Origin: Ostreococcus lucimarinus
Taxonomy: Eukaryota
Assembly (NCBI GenBank): GCA_000092065.1
Contig: CP000591.1
Length of the DNA: 64,000 nt
Strand: one strand, 5' to 3'
The translations under genes and the position numbers were made by a program. Of the stretch, positions 20,657-30,609 are shown one piece after another; positions within the stretch are counted from its first letter, which is position 1; each line of letters begins with the position of its first letter. The notes under the pieces are model-generated. The model did not search any database and had not been told where the DNA came from. It saw only the letters and a program-made list of their open reading frames with translations.

Positions 20657-22330
20657 ATGAATTCTGAATTCACGCCGGAAAACACGCGCTCGAACGCGCT
20701 GTTCGCGTCGGACGCGGCGCTGGACGCGGTGTCGACGCCGGGCGGCGACGCGCCGCGCGATGGGTTCGAATTCGAGGCGCTGAAAGACCCGAGGATCGAT
20801 TGGGGGGCGATCGCGCGGTGCGACTCGAGAGACGCGCGGCGACGACGCGATATCGACGCGCTGGAGAGCGTGCTCGAGGCGTGCGTGCGAGCGGACGTGG
20901 ACAGCGTGACGAATCAAGACATGTGCGAACCGAAACGGGGGCGGGAGCTGACGAAATTGCTGCAGATGTTGGTGGAATATTTGTTGCACGTGCAGGAGGC
21001 GCTGAGCGAGGGCAAGGCGAAGGCGGAGCGAGACGCGGAGGGGTGGAAGGATCGGGCGAGGACGGAGCGAGATGAGGCGAGAAAATCCGCGAGGGAGTTA
21101 AGGCTGGCGATGGAGGCGCACGAGGCGGAGTTGATCGCGGTTGCGGCGGAATACGCGAAGAAGAGGAATAATCCGGATAACGCCGAGCTCGAGGACGCGC
21201 GCAGGCGAGGGGAGTCGATGGCGGCTGAACGCGCGGCGAAAGACTTGGAAAAGCGATTGCGCGAACAAAGAGAGCTTTTCGATAGTGCCGTCGATCGCAT
21301 GCGCGCGGCGCACGCGGAGGCGCAGGCGGAGGCCGCGCGCGAGTTGTCGGCTCGAAAGGCGGAGCTCGCGTCGGCGCGCGCGCAGTACGTGGCGTCATCG
21401 ACGGAGTCCACGAAGGAGGCGAATAGGATGGTCGCTGACGCACAAGCGCTCATTCGTGAGGCACGCGAGAAGGCGGAGTTGGAAAAGTCCAACGTCGCGC
21501 GCGTGCGCTCCGAGCTCAACGCTGCGGTGGAGGCGACTCAAAGGCACAAGCGTTCGTTGGTCGACGTCAAGTCGGAGCTCACGCGACTCAAGGAAGATTT
21601 CAAATTCGAACACGAGTCGAACGCCGAGTTACGAAAAGCACTAGAGCGCCGCGACGAAGAGCGCAAGTTGATGCGCGAACAAATTGAGCGTCTCCACGGC
21701 AAGCAGAAATCGTCGATGACGGAGGAAATGGCCGAGTTGACGAACATGCGAGAACTGGCAAAGAACAACTACGCCGAAATCGAACGCCTGAAGCGCGAAA
21801 ACGAAGTGCTTCGCGAGGATAAGAATGCACAATCCACTTGGGTCGCGGAGGAAAAGAAGCGTTGGGTGTCGGCGAATGAGCAAATCTTACAAGCCGAGTT
21901 GACAGAGAAGGACAACGCCATCGCTCAGTTGCGCGAAGAGATTTCGCAATTGAGAAACGACATCGCCACGGAGCGTTCGCGCAAGATGATCACGATTAAA
22001 CCAATCATCGCAGAGTACGAGGCTCGAGCGCAAGCTGCGCCGCCCGTGGCCCCCAAACCCGCGGTGAAGGCAGCGAAAGCGCGCAAGACGCTCGAGCCCC
22101 CGCCGAGCGACGTCCAAGACATGGATGGGGCGCTCCACGCCGCCATGCTTGATCTCGACGTCGACTTGGACGCGGTCGCCGAGGCTGGTTTGGACGACGC
22201 CACGTTCCAGGAAGCTATGGCGAAGTTCGAAGCGGTTCAAATGCAAGACGTACCGAAGGAGTTGCGCGCAAAGTATGCGTTGTCGCGCGCTAAGATTCAA
22301 AAGGAACTCGACGGCGTCGCGGTTCGTTGA
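20657..22330 (+). CDS. hypothetical long coiled-coil protein
   Basis: ATG at 20657. 557 aa with a short N-terminal globular-looking region (IDWGAIARCDSRDARRRRDIDALESVLEACVRADVDSVT...LTKLLQMLVEYLLHVQ), then ~400 aa of heptad-like E/K/R/A/L-rich sequence. Function not recognisable. Confidence 0.45.
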   Translation: MNSEFTPENTRSNALFASDAALDAVSTPGGDAPRDGFEFEALKDPRIDWGAIARCDSRDARRRRDIDALESVLEACVRADVDSVTNQDMCEPKRGRELTKLLQMLVEYLLHVQEALSEGKAKAERDAEGWKDRARTERDEARKSARELRLAMEAHEAELIAVAAEYAKKRNNPDNAELEDARRRGESMAAERAAKDLEKRLREQRELFDSAVDRMRAAHAEAQAEAARELSARKAELASARAQYVASSTESTKEANRMVADAQALIREAREKAELEKSNVARVRSELNAAVEATQRHKRSLVDVKSELTRLKEDFKFEHESNAELRKALERRDEERKLMREQIERLHGKQKSSMTEEMAELTNMRELAKNNYAEIERLKRENEVLREDKNAQSTWVAEEKKRWVSANEQILQAELTEKDNAIAQLREEISQLRNDIATERSRKMITIKPIIAEYEARAQAAPPVAPKPAVKAAKARKTLEPPPSDVQDMDGALHAAMLDLDVDLDAVAEAGLDDATFQEAMAKFEAVQMQDVPKELRAKYALSRAKIQKELDGVAVR

Positions 22331-22361
22331 AATATGTATTAAAGTCTCATATCAATCTCGT

Positions 22362-24080
22362 CTAAAGCTCGCAAAATTCACCCGTCTCCTCGGCAATCGA
22401 CTGCTCCGTGCGACGGACGATTTCAATCAAATCTTCTCCGCCGATCGCGCCGTAACGGAGGCAGTGCGTCTCGACCATGACGTTCGTCGCGTCGACGACT
22501 TCGCGCGAATCCTTACCGAACGTTCGCCGCGCGTTGTTCGCCAACATTGTGCTCTGTTTGCACGCCGCGAATCCACCGGCATCCACCGCGCTCAAATCCT
22601 CTATGATCGTCTTAACGAGCGCGTGCTTCATCTCGCCCGCTCCTGTGACCGAAAGCGCGAGCGAAAGAGATTCGTACATCGAGTAGCACGACATGCGCGC
22701 CATGGCGAGCTGCGCGCGACTGAGATTGAGCGCCGCGAGGCGACTCTCGTACCACCCTCGAAGCTCGATCAACGGGTTCACGTTCGGCACCGTCTTGCCC
22801 TTCGTTTTCTTCATCTCCGCCAACTCTTCCTTGAAATCCTTGAGCACGGGCTTGAGCTTGCGCTTGAGCTCGTTGACCGCGCACGTAATCGGCCCGGCGC
22901 CCTCATCGTTTTCTTCCGCCTCGTCGGCTTTCTTTTCCTCGCTCACGTCGCCCGTGGATTCGAAAGCGCATCGCGCGCAGTTGCACATGTACCCGCGTCG
23001 ACTGGCGAACGCGTCGCGGTCTTTCTTCGGCATGAGCGTGTCGTAGTACTTCATCGTAATCTCCGCCCCCGCCGGGAGATTTTGCGAGGCGAAGACGAGC
23101 ATGATTTGCCCGACGTTGATGCGATGGCAATTCGGCGCGCACGAGTGGTTGATGAAGCTCGGCAGCGGCCAGACGCCGCACAGACGGCGCCCAGAGATGG
23201 CGCAGTTGGCGACGACTTTCGGGATGAACGCCAGTTCTTCCGGGCTCTCGGGCGCGGGTGCGTTTTCCTTATTCGCCGCGCTGATGTGCTTGCGAAACAC
23301 GCTCATCTCCGGCGCGTCTTTTTGTTCATCCTCGCTCGACGCCGGCAGAGCCTTGAGAATCGCCCAATCGGCCGGGTGCGCGCGCGCAGCCTCGTAAAGA
23401 CCGCGGACGAGGTTTTGTTCCACCGTCTTGCCGAACGACGCCGAGCTCAGCGGGCTCTGCACCATGAGCAAATCTCCCGCCGCGACGGCGCTCGTCGTCA
23501 CCAAGCCGCGACGACCGTCGGAGAGCTTGGACACTCGAACCACACCGATGTAATCCGCACAACGGCGGAAACTCGCACCCATGCGGTTCAAATACAACGC
23601 TCCGAGATCGTACGCCCCCGTGAACGCTTGCGCCGTGAGCATATCGCATTCGAGCTTGACTTTTTCCAGCGTCGCCCGAACCGCCGCGTCCTCCGGCGCG
23701 TCGGCGAGACGCGATCCCTCATCTGCCGTCTTCGCCGCATCCACGTATCGCGCCATCCCGTTCAACGCCATGCTCTTCTTATAAATCGCCTTCAGTTCCA
23801 TCGCCTTATCCCCCTTCGAGCACTCCAACGCCTTCGTCGCGCACTCCAACGCCTTCTCGAACACTCGCGCTCGCAAGTAGCACTCCGCCTTGTTCGCGTA
23901 CGCGCTCGCGTCCGACCCATTCAACTTCAGCGCCGCGTCATACGCCGCGATCGCGCCGAGATAATCCCCCTTCGCAAACTTTTCGTTTCCTTCCACTCGA
24001 ATCGCGTCCGCTTCGTCCACTTTCTGCGCCTTCTTCGACTTCGGCAGCGCCGCGCCCATGCCGCCCAGTCCGAACGGCAT
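22362..24080 (-). CDS. TPR + SET-domain protein (SMYD-like lysine methyltransferase)
   Basis: An N-terminal TPR block (EGNEKFAKGDYLGAIAAYDAALKLNGSDASAYANKAECYLRARVFEKALECATKAL) is followed by a SET core with FINHSCAPNCHRINVGQIMLVFASQNLPAGAEITMKYY and a post-SET Cys cluster CNCARC. Trimmed to the ATG at 24080; the upstream 366 codons are Ser/Ala/Arg-rich junk. Confidence 0.7.
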   Translation of the reverse strand: MPFGLGGMGAALPKSKKAQKVDEADAIRVEGNEKFAKGDYLGAIAAYDAALKLNGSDASAYANKAECYLRARVFEKALECATKALECSKGDKAMELKAIYKKSMALNGMARYVDAAKTADEGSRLADAPEDAAVRATLEKVKLECDMLTAQAFTGAYDLGALYLNRMGASFRRCADYIGVVRVSKLSDGRRGLVTTSAVAAGDLLMVQSPLSSASFGKTVEQNLVRGLYEAARAHPADWAILKALPASSEDEQKDAPEMSVFRKHISAANKENAPAPESPEELAFIPKVVANCAISGRRLCGVWPLPSFINHSCAPNCHRINVGQIMLVFASQNLPAGAEITMKYYDTLMPKKDRDAFASRRGYMCNCARCAFESTGDVSEEKKADEAEENDEGAGPITCAVNELKRKLKPVLKDFKEELAEMKKTKGKTVPNVNPLIELRGWYESRLAALNLSRAQLAMARMSCYSMYESLSLALSVTGAGEMKHALVKTIIEDLSAVDAGGFAACKQSTMLANNARRTFGKDSREVVDATNVMVETHCLRYGAIGGEDLIEIVRRTEQSIAEETGEFCEL

Positions 24081-24486
24081 CGCTCTCGCGCGCGCGCGTC
24101 GACGCCCTCGCCTCGAGTCTCGCTCGCGTCTGCGTCGCGCGTTCGATCGCGCGTCAGTCATCGCGCCGCTTCGTCGCGCGCACCGTTCGCCGTTCCGCGT
24201 CGCGTCGCCGTCGCCGTCGCCGTCGCGCGCGATATCTCGCGCGCTGTATTCGTTATCCACAACGTCGCGCGCGTTCGAGCCTCGCGCGTCGCGCGTCGCG
24301 CGCCTCGCGCGTCGCTCGCGCGCGCACCCGCTCGATGATTCGCTCGCGCTCGCGCTCGACCTCGCGTTCGCGCTCGTCGCGCGCCGCGCGTCGTCGTCGT
24401 GTGCCGTCGCGCGCGTCGTCGACTGTCGCGAAAGATCGTCTCGATTCGTATGGGTAAACAGTGAGACACCCAGCACACGTCCGCAC

Positions 24487-25224
24487 ATGTCCGCGCCCGT
24501 CGACGTCGCGCGCGCCGCCGCCGCGCGCGTTCGCGCGGACGCGTCCAGCACCTCGCGCGCGGGCTCCGGCGTCGTCGTGCGCCACCGCGGCGTCGCGTGC
24601 GTGCTCACCGCCGCGCACGTCGCGTCGTTCGCGGGCGCGAAGAATGCGCTTCGCGTCGAGCTCGCGAGCGGCGCCGCGCGGCGCGGGCGCGTCGTCGGCG
24701 TGCACGACGCGCTCGACCTCGCCGTCGTGTACCTCGACGGCGACCTCGACGGCGCGGCGACGATGGAGCCGGGCGAGGCGCGCGTCGGCGACGAGGCGCG
24801 CGCGCTGGGGACGGCGCAGCGGTACGCGGCGGCGACGGCGGCGTGCGCGGACGCGATCCGAGGACGACGCGAGACCGGACGCGTGTTGAAGATACACCGC
24901 GATGACCGCGGTGACGACACGCACGCGATGCACGACGCGCGCGTGCTGGCGGGACAGTCGGGCGGGGCGCTCGTGCGCGAGACGGATGGGAAACTGTTGG
25001 GCGTGCACAGTTTCGGCGACGCGTTTTGGGGCGGGAGCAGGGACGTGTGCGTGCTGGTGAACGCGGCGACGCTGGACGCGATCGAGATCGCGCGCGATGG
25101 CGTCGATCCCGAGGTGTACGCGACGGCGCGGGTGAACGCGATGATTTTTCGTTCGAGCGACGAGGCGCTGAAGCGCATGGCGCCCGAGTTGTCGGCGAAG
25201 CAGCGCGCGTCGTGGATCTTTTGA
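24487..25224 (+). CDS. trypsin-like (S1/Trypsin_2) serine peptidase
   Basis: His motif VLTAAHV and Ser motif GQSGGALV (a variant of GDSGG) in the right order and spacing, with a candidate Asp in HDALDLAVV. ATG at 24487. Confidence 0.55.
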   Translation: MSAPVDVARAAAARVRADASSTSRAGSGVVVRHRGVACVLTAAHVASFAGAKNALRVELASGAARRGRVVGVHDALDLAVVYLDGDLDGAATMEPGEARVGDEARALGTAQRYAAATAACADAIRGRRETGRVLKIHRDDRGDDTHAMHDARVLAGQSGGALVRETDGKLLGVHSFGDAFWGGSRDVCVLVNAATLDAIEIARDGVDPEVYATARVNAMIFRSSDEALKRMAPELSAKQRASWIF

Positions 25225-25310
25225 TCGGTCGCGTCGATCGGTGATGTAATACTAGTGATTGTTGTTTGTTGATTGCGCTAAACGATGCGGCGAGGTGCCG
25301 CGCTAGGAGG

Positions 25311-26471
25311 TCACGCGTCTTCGTCTCGCGCGCCGTACGCGGGACGCACGGCGTAATTTTCTAGATACGCGACGTCGGCCAAATATAACCCGTGCGCGGG
25401 CGCCATTTGCGGCGCGCGCGCGACGTCTTTCGCTTCGAGAAGCTCCTGAACGTCTTTCACGGTGAGGTCGTTCGCGCCGACGGCTTTGAGCGCGCCGGCG
25501 AGGAGACGGACTTGATGGTAAAGAAAACTGGGCGCGGCGACGGCGATGGAAATCTTTTGCTTCGTACCGCGCGCCTCCGCGGCGGGCCACTCCGTGAGCT
25601 CTTCCTTGACGTCGATGGACGTCAGCGTGCGCACGGGCGAGCTCGCTTGACACCCGTTCGCGCGAAAAGAACTGAAATCGTGCGTGCCCGTCAGCGCCGC
25701 CGCCGCGTCTCGCATCGCGTCCACGTTTAAACGCCCGTCGCACGTCTGATATCGACGCACCGACTTCACCTTATCCCCGCGCTCGCTATTATTCACCGCG
25801 CGCACGTACCACGCGCGCTCGGCGTCGAACAAGCTCCCCCCGTCGTCGCGTTCGCCGACCAATATATCGTATCTATACCGCCTCGCCACCGCGTCGTGCC
25901 GCGCGTGAAATTTTGGATTCATCTCATCCACCCTGACGCACTCCGTCACCCGCACCGCCGCGCCGAGCTTTCTCAAGTGATAATTCACCCCTCTTCGCAC
26001 GCTCGCGCCGTCGTGCGGTTCGACCGTCGTCCCATCCTTCGTCGTTCTCGCGAAGTCGAAGTGCGCCGAGTTTCGCAGCGCGTGCACGCCGACGTCCGTC
26101 CTCGAGCTACCGACGCACTCGATCGCTCCGCGCGCGCCCGTGAAAGCCGTGAGCGCTTCATCCAGCGCGCCTTGCACCGTCGCCGCGACGCCGCACTGCC
26201 TCTGGAAGCCGCGGAAGCGCGCGCCGTCGTACTCCAAAAAGGCGAGGTAGCGCGGGACAGCGGCGGCGATTCGCTTCGACGCCACCATCTCCGCGCTCTG
26301 CGCGCTCACGGGACGCTTGCGAGACGCGTCGGGGTCGTTCGAGCGGCTCGGGCGTCGACGAGCGACGGTTGCGCTCTCGGGCATCGAGGTGTGAAGCGCG
26401 AGTCGACGCGCGGGACAAATGCGGGACGCGACGGACGAGGGACTTTGACATCTGTGTATCGTGAATGTCAT
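25311..26471 (-). CDS. truA: tRNA pseudouridine synthase A (TruA/Pus1 family)
   Basis: LAFLEYDGARFRGFQRQ and the catalytic-Asp region GSSRTDVGVHALRNSAHFD (TruA RTDxGVHA motif). Trimmed to the ATG at 26471 to avoid overlapping the upstream gene. Confidence 0.7.
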   Translation of the reverse strand: MTFTIHRCQSPSSVASRICPARRLALHTSMPESATVARRRPSRSNDPDASRKRPVSAQSAEMVASKRIAAAVPRYLAFLEYDGARFRGFQRQCGVAATVQGALDEALTAFTGARGAIECVGSSRTDVGVHALRNSAHFDFARTTKDGTTVEPHDGASVRRGVNYHLRKLGAAVRVTECVRVDEMNPKFHARHDAVARRYRYDILVGERDDGGSLFDAERAWYVRAVNNSERGDKVKSVRRYQTCDGRLNVDAMRDAAAALTGTHDFSSFRANGCQASSPVRTLTSIDVKEELTEWPAAEARGTKQKISIAVAAPSFLYHQVRLLAGALKAVGANDLTVKDVQELLEAKDVARAPQMAPAHGLYLADVAYLENYAVRPAYGARDEDA

Positions 26472-26499
26472 CGAAAACGCGATGTTTCGCGCGTGTTTA

Positions 26500-27963
26500 C
26501 TATTCGTACGCGCTGTCGGATGCACCGCACACGGCGACGCGGACGACGGCGGAATGTTCGCCGTTACTTATGGCGTCGAATTCGTCGCAAATGCGACGGC
26601 GTTCGTCTTCGCTCAATCTCGAACGCAAACCCACGGAGAGCATGTCTAGCTCCGGAGCGTCTGGCGTGAAAGGGAACGTGTTGAATAAGTCAACGAGCTT
26701 GTTGAGCTCGAGCATGGTGGCGACGCTGTCGTTACTTCGAAGTCCCGCTCCGGCTTGAACGACGGCGCCGCGCACGCGAACGGCGACGTCCGCCATGACG
26801 ATGGAGACGCACTTGTGCGCATCTAGGCTCAGATCATCCGAAAGACCGACTAAAAATGGTCCAACAGGAGTGTTAAATGCGCTCGTCGCGCCCGCTTGGC
26901 CGCGCATGGCGTCCGTGACGGCGAAATCAGCGGCGGCTCGAAAGATGGCGACTCGCGCGCTCTCCGGTCCGACCGACTTTACCGCGCACCCTCGCTCGCC
27001 CGCCGCCGCGCACGCGGCGCGAAAATCGGCGATATCATCCGCACTGAATCCCGCGCCGCTGACTCGCTTCGCCGCGAGCGTTGCTCCTTGCGCTTTCGCG
27101 ACTTGAATCAGCGCCTCCTTGCGTCCCGGCGGCACGTACTGCGGCGACGGCGGCGTCCACCACGCCGGCAACGCCTTCGCCGCGCCGCTCGTTTTCTTCT
27201 CGTTTCCCCGCGCCTTCGTCGCGGATCCCGGCTTTACGTTCGCGTCTTCGGGAACGTCGTCCAAAGCCCCCTCTAAACGTTTGCGTTCGTCCCGAAACCG
27301 ATCCGCCGTCGCCGGCACCCAAACCTGCCGCCCGCCGAGACTGCGGTCGCCGACCCACCGCCCCGGTCCCGTCGCCCCCGGCGGCGGCGCCCGACGACCC
27401 ACGCCCTTGAACGCGCTCCCGATCGCTCGAAGCGGGTTCTCGCGATTGATGACCTTGAGCGCGATCCACGCGCACGCGAACAGCGTCCCCCACGCCGCCG
27501 CCGCCCGCCCGTACGCCGACGCCGGGTTCGGTCGCTGCGGCCTGTACACCGTCGCGTACGTCCCGGGCGCGCCGACGCGCGCCGGAACGTCCGCGCGCGG
27601 CCTGAACGCGCCCGCGTCGCGCGGCAGCAGCGCGTCGACGGCTTTTTGCGACGCCTTTTTCACTTTTCGCTGCACTTTTCGGATAAATCGTTGCGCGTCG
27701 CTCCGTCGCTCCGGACGCGCGCGCGCGGCGTCGAGCGCGCGCGTCGCCGGCGCGACGTGCTTTTCGACGTAATCGTCCATCTCGCGCTCGTAATCGCGCG
27801 CGCTGGACGATCGTTTCTTGGCTTCTTTCTCGCGAAGGCGATTCTTGGGGCCGGCGCGCGGGACGACGTCGACGCGACCGGGACGGGCGCGGCGTCGCGC
27901 GAGCGTCGCGCGCGCGCTCGCGACGCGCGCGCCGAAGCGTGGATTCGTCGCGCGAAGCGACAT
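26500..27963 (-). CDS. hypothetical protein
   Basis: ATG at 27963. The 487-aa ORF has a complex C-terminal third (VTDAMRGQAGATSAFNTPVGPFLVGLSDDLSLDAHKCVSIVMADVAVRVRG...LELNKLVDLFNTFPFTPDAPELDMLSVGL). No family recognised. Confidence 0.35.
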   Translation of the reverse strand: MSLRATNPRFGARVASARATLARRRARPGRVDVVPRAGPKNRLREKEAKKRSSSARDYEREMDDYVEKHVAPATRALDAARARPERRSDAQRFIRKVQRKVKKASQKAVDALLPRDAGAFRPRADVPARVGAPGTYATVYRPQRPNPASAYGRAAAAWGTLFACAWIALKVINRENPLRAIGSAFKGVGRRAPPPGATGPGRWVGDRSLGGRQVWVPATADRFRDERKRLEGALDDVPEDANVKPGSATKARGNEKKTSGAAKALPAWWTPPSPQYVPPGRKEALIQVAKAQGATLAAKRVSGAGFSADDIADFRAACAAAGERGCAVKSVGPESARVAIFRAAADFAVTDAMRGQAGATSAFNTPVGPFLVGLSDDLSLDAHKCVSIVMADVAVRVRGAVVQAGAGLRSNDSVATMLELNKLVDLFNTFPFTPDAPELDMLSVGLRSRLSEDERRRICDEFDAISNGEHSAVVRVAVCGASDSAYE

Positions 27964-28051
27964 CTCGGTCGCTCGCGCGAGACGCGCGCGATGCAGTGAA
28001 GGGCGCGCGAGTCGGTTTCGTCTTTGATGCTACAAGCCGCGGCGCGCGCGC

Positions 28052-28732
28052 TTAAATTTCCAATTTGGACGTCGTGCGCTCGAACGAGGCGTCGCTCAGC
28101 GGCGTTCCACCGTCGCCCGCGCTCGAAAACGCCGCTATCGGCGACACCGTCGCGCCGTCGAACCTCCCGCCGCCGTCAAACTTCCCCGGCGTCTCGTCCA
28201 CGCTTTGGTCGAGCAGCCAATCGCTCCCGTTCAACGACGCCTCCAATTTCGCCTCCATCGCCGCGATGTCGCTCATGACGCCCATCGACGCCACCTCATT
28301 CTTAATCATTATCTCCACATCGCTCACCCCGAGATCGGCGGCGATGTTCTCCGTCTTGACCGTCAATTCCATCGCTCGAACGCGCGTCTCCGCGTCGTCG
28401 TCGCCGAGCGCCGCGCGCTTCGCCCTCGCCAGGACGCCTCGCAGCCCGCGCTCTGGGGACGGCGTCCCCAGTTCGCGCATGTACGGCTGCTTCAGCAACG
28501 CCGCGACCGTGTCCAGGTCTCCCTTTCGAGTCTCGGGTCGCCGCGCGCGTCGTCCGAGGAGAAACGCGCCGACGAGCGACGCGCCGACGAGGATGAATTG
28601 CGTCGCGCTGATGTCGTCGATTTCGTCGCGGATTTCTTTCGTTTTCTCGCGCACGCGCGCGCGGGCGTCGTCGGCGACGCTTCGCGCGGGTTTCTTTCGC
28701 GTCGGCGCGCGCGCGCGGTCGAAGACGCCCAT
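28052..28732 (-). CDS. hypothetical single-pass membrane protein
   Basis: ATG at 28732. One hydrophobic segment FILVGASLVGAFLLG; the rest is balanced charged/polar sequence. The overlapping + ORFs look antisense. Confidence 0.3.
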   Translation of the reverse strand: MGVFDRARAPTRKKPARSVADDARARVREKTKEIRDEIDDISATQFILVGASLVGAFLLGRRARRPETRKGDLDTVAALLKQPYMRELGTPSPERGLRGVLARAKRAALGDDDAETRVRAMELTVKTENIAADLGVSDVEIMIKNEVASMGVMSDIAAMEAKLEASLNGSDWLLDQSVDETPGKFDGGGRFDGATVSPIAAFSSAGDGGTPLSDASFERTTSKLEI

Positions 28733-28792
28733 CGCCGCGCGATCTCAGCGTCGGCGAATGACGACGACGATTGGCTGGTCGGTCGAGACTTT

Positions 28793-30241
28793 TTACGACG
28801 CCGCCGAGCGAACGCGACGCGGAAACGGGACGAAGGACTCGTGATCGGACTTGTCCTTGCCGGGCAGCGGCGGCGACGAGGGAATCCCAAAGTCGCGAGA
28901 TCGAAACGCGCGGAATTCGCGCTTGATGGCGGCGTACGGTTTGTTCTCCATCGCCCGACGCGCGCGGGGCGGGAGACGGGATAAAACGTCGGCGTCGAAG
29001 GAGGCGCACAGCTCTCGCGCGCACAGGGCGGAGGACGCCGCGCCGGAGGCGCGACACTTTTTGCCGTAGCCGTGGAGGAAACCGATGGCGCCGAGAAGGC
29101 GCTCGACGCGGCCGGATGCGATGTCGACGGCGCCGACGGCGTCGTTGAACTCAAACGTCGATCGCGACGGCGCGACGTACGTCACGCACGTCGGCGACGC
29201 GACGCGATCGCCGTCGACGACGGCGCGATAGGACGAGAGATCGTCGCTCGGTGCGTCGACGGCGACGCATCGTGGTTCGACCCGGTCGTCGGATTGTGAG
29301 TCGTCCAATCGCGCTCGTTTGACGATCGCGCGTTTCAACGCGAGAGCGACGACGCGTTTCGTCTCTTCGGCGCGCTCTTCGCGAACGTTTGGAATGGACA
29401 CGCAGATCGACCGTGGCTTGATCGCTTCGCGCGCGACGAGGCGCATGAGCGTGCCCTGTAAACCATGCATCTGCCAGCGACACATTTTATCCGAACAGCT
29501 CAAACAAAACGATGGCGCGCCTCTGCCCGGCTTCCATCGCACGGCGCCGACTTCTTGCGTCGGGCGATCGCGTTCGGGATCCGCGCCGCCGCCGCCACCG
29601 CCGCCACCGTTCATGTCCGTCAATATTTTCGCACCCGTCACCCCCGCACCTCCGCCCGCACCCCCCGTCGTCTTCGCTCGCTTCACCGTCGCCGTCGAAG
29701 CCTCCGCGCCGCCGTCGCTCCGCCTCGCCTCGCTCGGCAACTCGAACACGCTCGCGTCGCCGCACGGCGACTGACTGCAATACGCGTGCACCTCCACCCC
29801 CGCGCGCATTCGCACCCGATTCCCAGCGCCTAATATCTCATCCCACGCCGTCTCTTCGTCGCACCCAGCGCCGCGTTCGCGCGTCACCTCGAACACGCTC
29901 GCTCGTCCGTCCCTCGCCTCGGCGTACTCGCGCTGCAACCACCGCGTCAACGCGCGTCTCGCCAACACCTCCGCGTGACAGTCCCCGATCGCGCCCCCGT
30001 CGCGCGCGCGGTTCGCCATCGGCACGCACTTCGTCCCCGTCGCGAACGCCGCGACGTAGCACGTCCCTCGCGCGCTCGCCGCGTCGTTTCGCTCGACGAT
30101 GCAAAAAGCGCACAGCGTCGTGTACGCATCCTTCGACGTTTTCTCGCGTCCGCGCGCGTCGTACGTCGCCAGCGCGCACGCGCGCACGACTGCGGCGACG
30201 CGTTCGACGTCGTCGACGTCGTCGACGGCGTGCGCGCGCAT
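28793..30241 (-). CDS. ADAT1: tRNA-specific adenosine deaminase (ADAT1-like, A_deamin domain)
   Basis: Deaminase zinc-ligand motifs in order: DCHAEVLARRALTRWL (HAE), SPCGDAS (PCG), and CSDKMCRWQMHGLQGTLM (the conserved SDK...W..LG.QG motif of ADAR/ADAT1). ATG at 30241. Confidence 0.65.
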   Translation of the reverse strand: MRAHAVDDVDDVERVAAVVRACALATYDARGREKTSKDAYTTLCAFCIVERNDAASARGTCYVAAFATGTKCVPMANRARDGGAIGDCHAEVLARRALTRWLQREYAEARDGRASVFEVTRERGAGCDEETAWDEILGAGNRVRMRAGVEVHAYCSQSPCGDASVFELPSEARRSDGGAEASTATVKRAKTTGGAGGGAGVTGAKILTDMNGGGGGGGGADPERDRPTQEVGAVRWKPGRGAPSFCLSCSDKMCRWQMHGLQGTLMRLVAREAIKPRSICVSIPNVREERAEETKRVVALALKRAIVKRARLDDSQSDDRVEPRCVAVDAPSDDLSSYRAVVDGDRVASPTCVTYVAPSRSTFEFNDAVGAVDIASGRVERLLGAIGFLHGYGKKCRASGAASSALCARELCASFDADVLSRLPPRARRAMENKPYAAIKREFRAFRSRDFGIPSSPPLPGKDKSDHESFVPFPRRVRSAAS

Positions 30242-30294
30242 GCGCGCGCGCGAGACTGCCGATTCGCGCGCGCGTCTCGTCGCGCGCGTCGCCG

Positions 30295-30328
<34 letters not shown>

Positions 30329-30523
30329 AGTCGAGCGCGTTCGAGCGCCCTCACTGTTCGCGTATACGCCATGTGTCCGAACATCGCGCGCGCTTTTCGC
30401 GTTTCGCGCCGCGCGCGTCGTATTGCGCGACGACGCGTCCCATCGATCGCGACGCGCGATCGCTAAGCGCGATCGCGACGCGCGCGACCGACCGACCGAC
30501 CGCCGTTACATGCGCCAACACCA

Positions 30524-30529
30524 TAAATG
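30524..30529 (+). promoter_or_regulatory. TATA-like ATAAAT element ~85 bp upstream of the giant-gene ATG, preceded by a (CCGA)4 microsatellite
   Basis: caccATAAATgaggttgcgc is one of the very few A/T hexamers in a GC-saturated divergent intergenic region (30242..30609). Confidence 0.2.
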
Positions 30530-30609
30530 AGGTTGCGCATCGCATCTTTCGCCAGATCGCGACGCGCGTCGCCCGCGACGCCGCGAACGAGGACGGCGAA
30601 CGACCGGCG

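Noticed and set aside
22125-24338. A 737-aa + ORF antisense to the SET-domain gene and its upstream region
   Set aside because: It lies opposite a gene with clear SET/TPR homology. The product is Arg/Leu-rich without motifs.
29512-30609. 5' extension of the giant ORF back to 29512 (an extra 366 codons)
   Set aside because: It is Arg/Ser/Pro-rich with no coding character and fully overlaps the well-supported ADAT1 gene on the opposite strand. The first ATG (30610) lies just before the signal-anchor.
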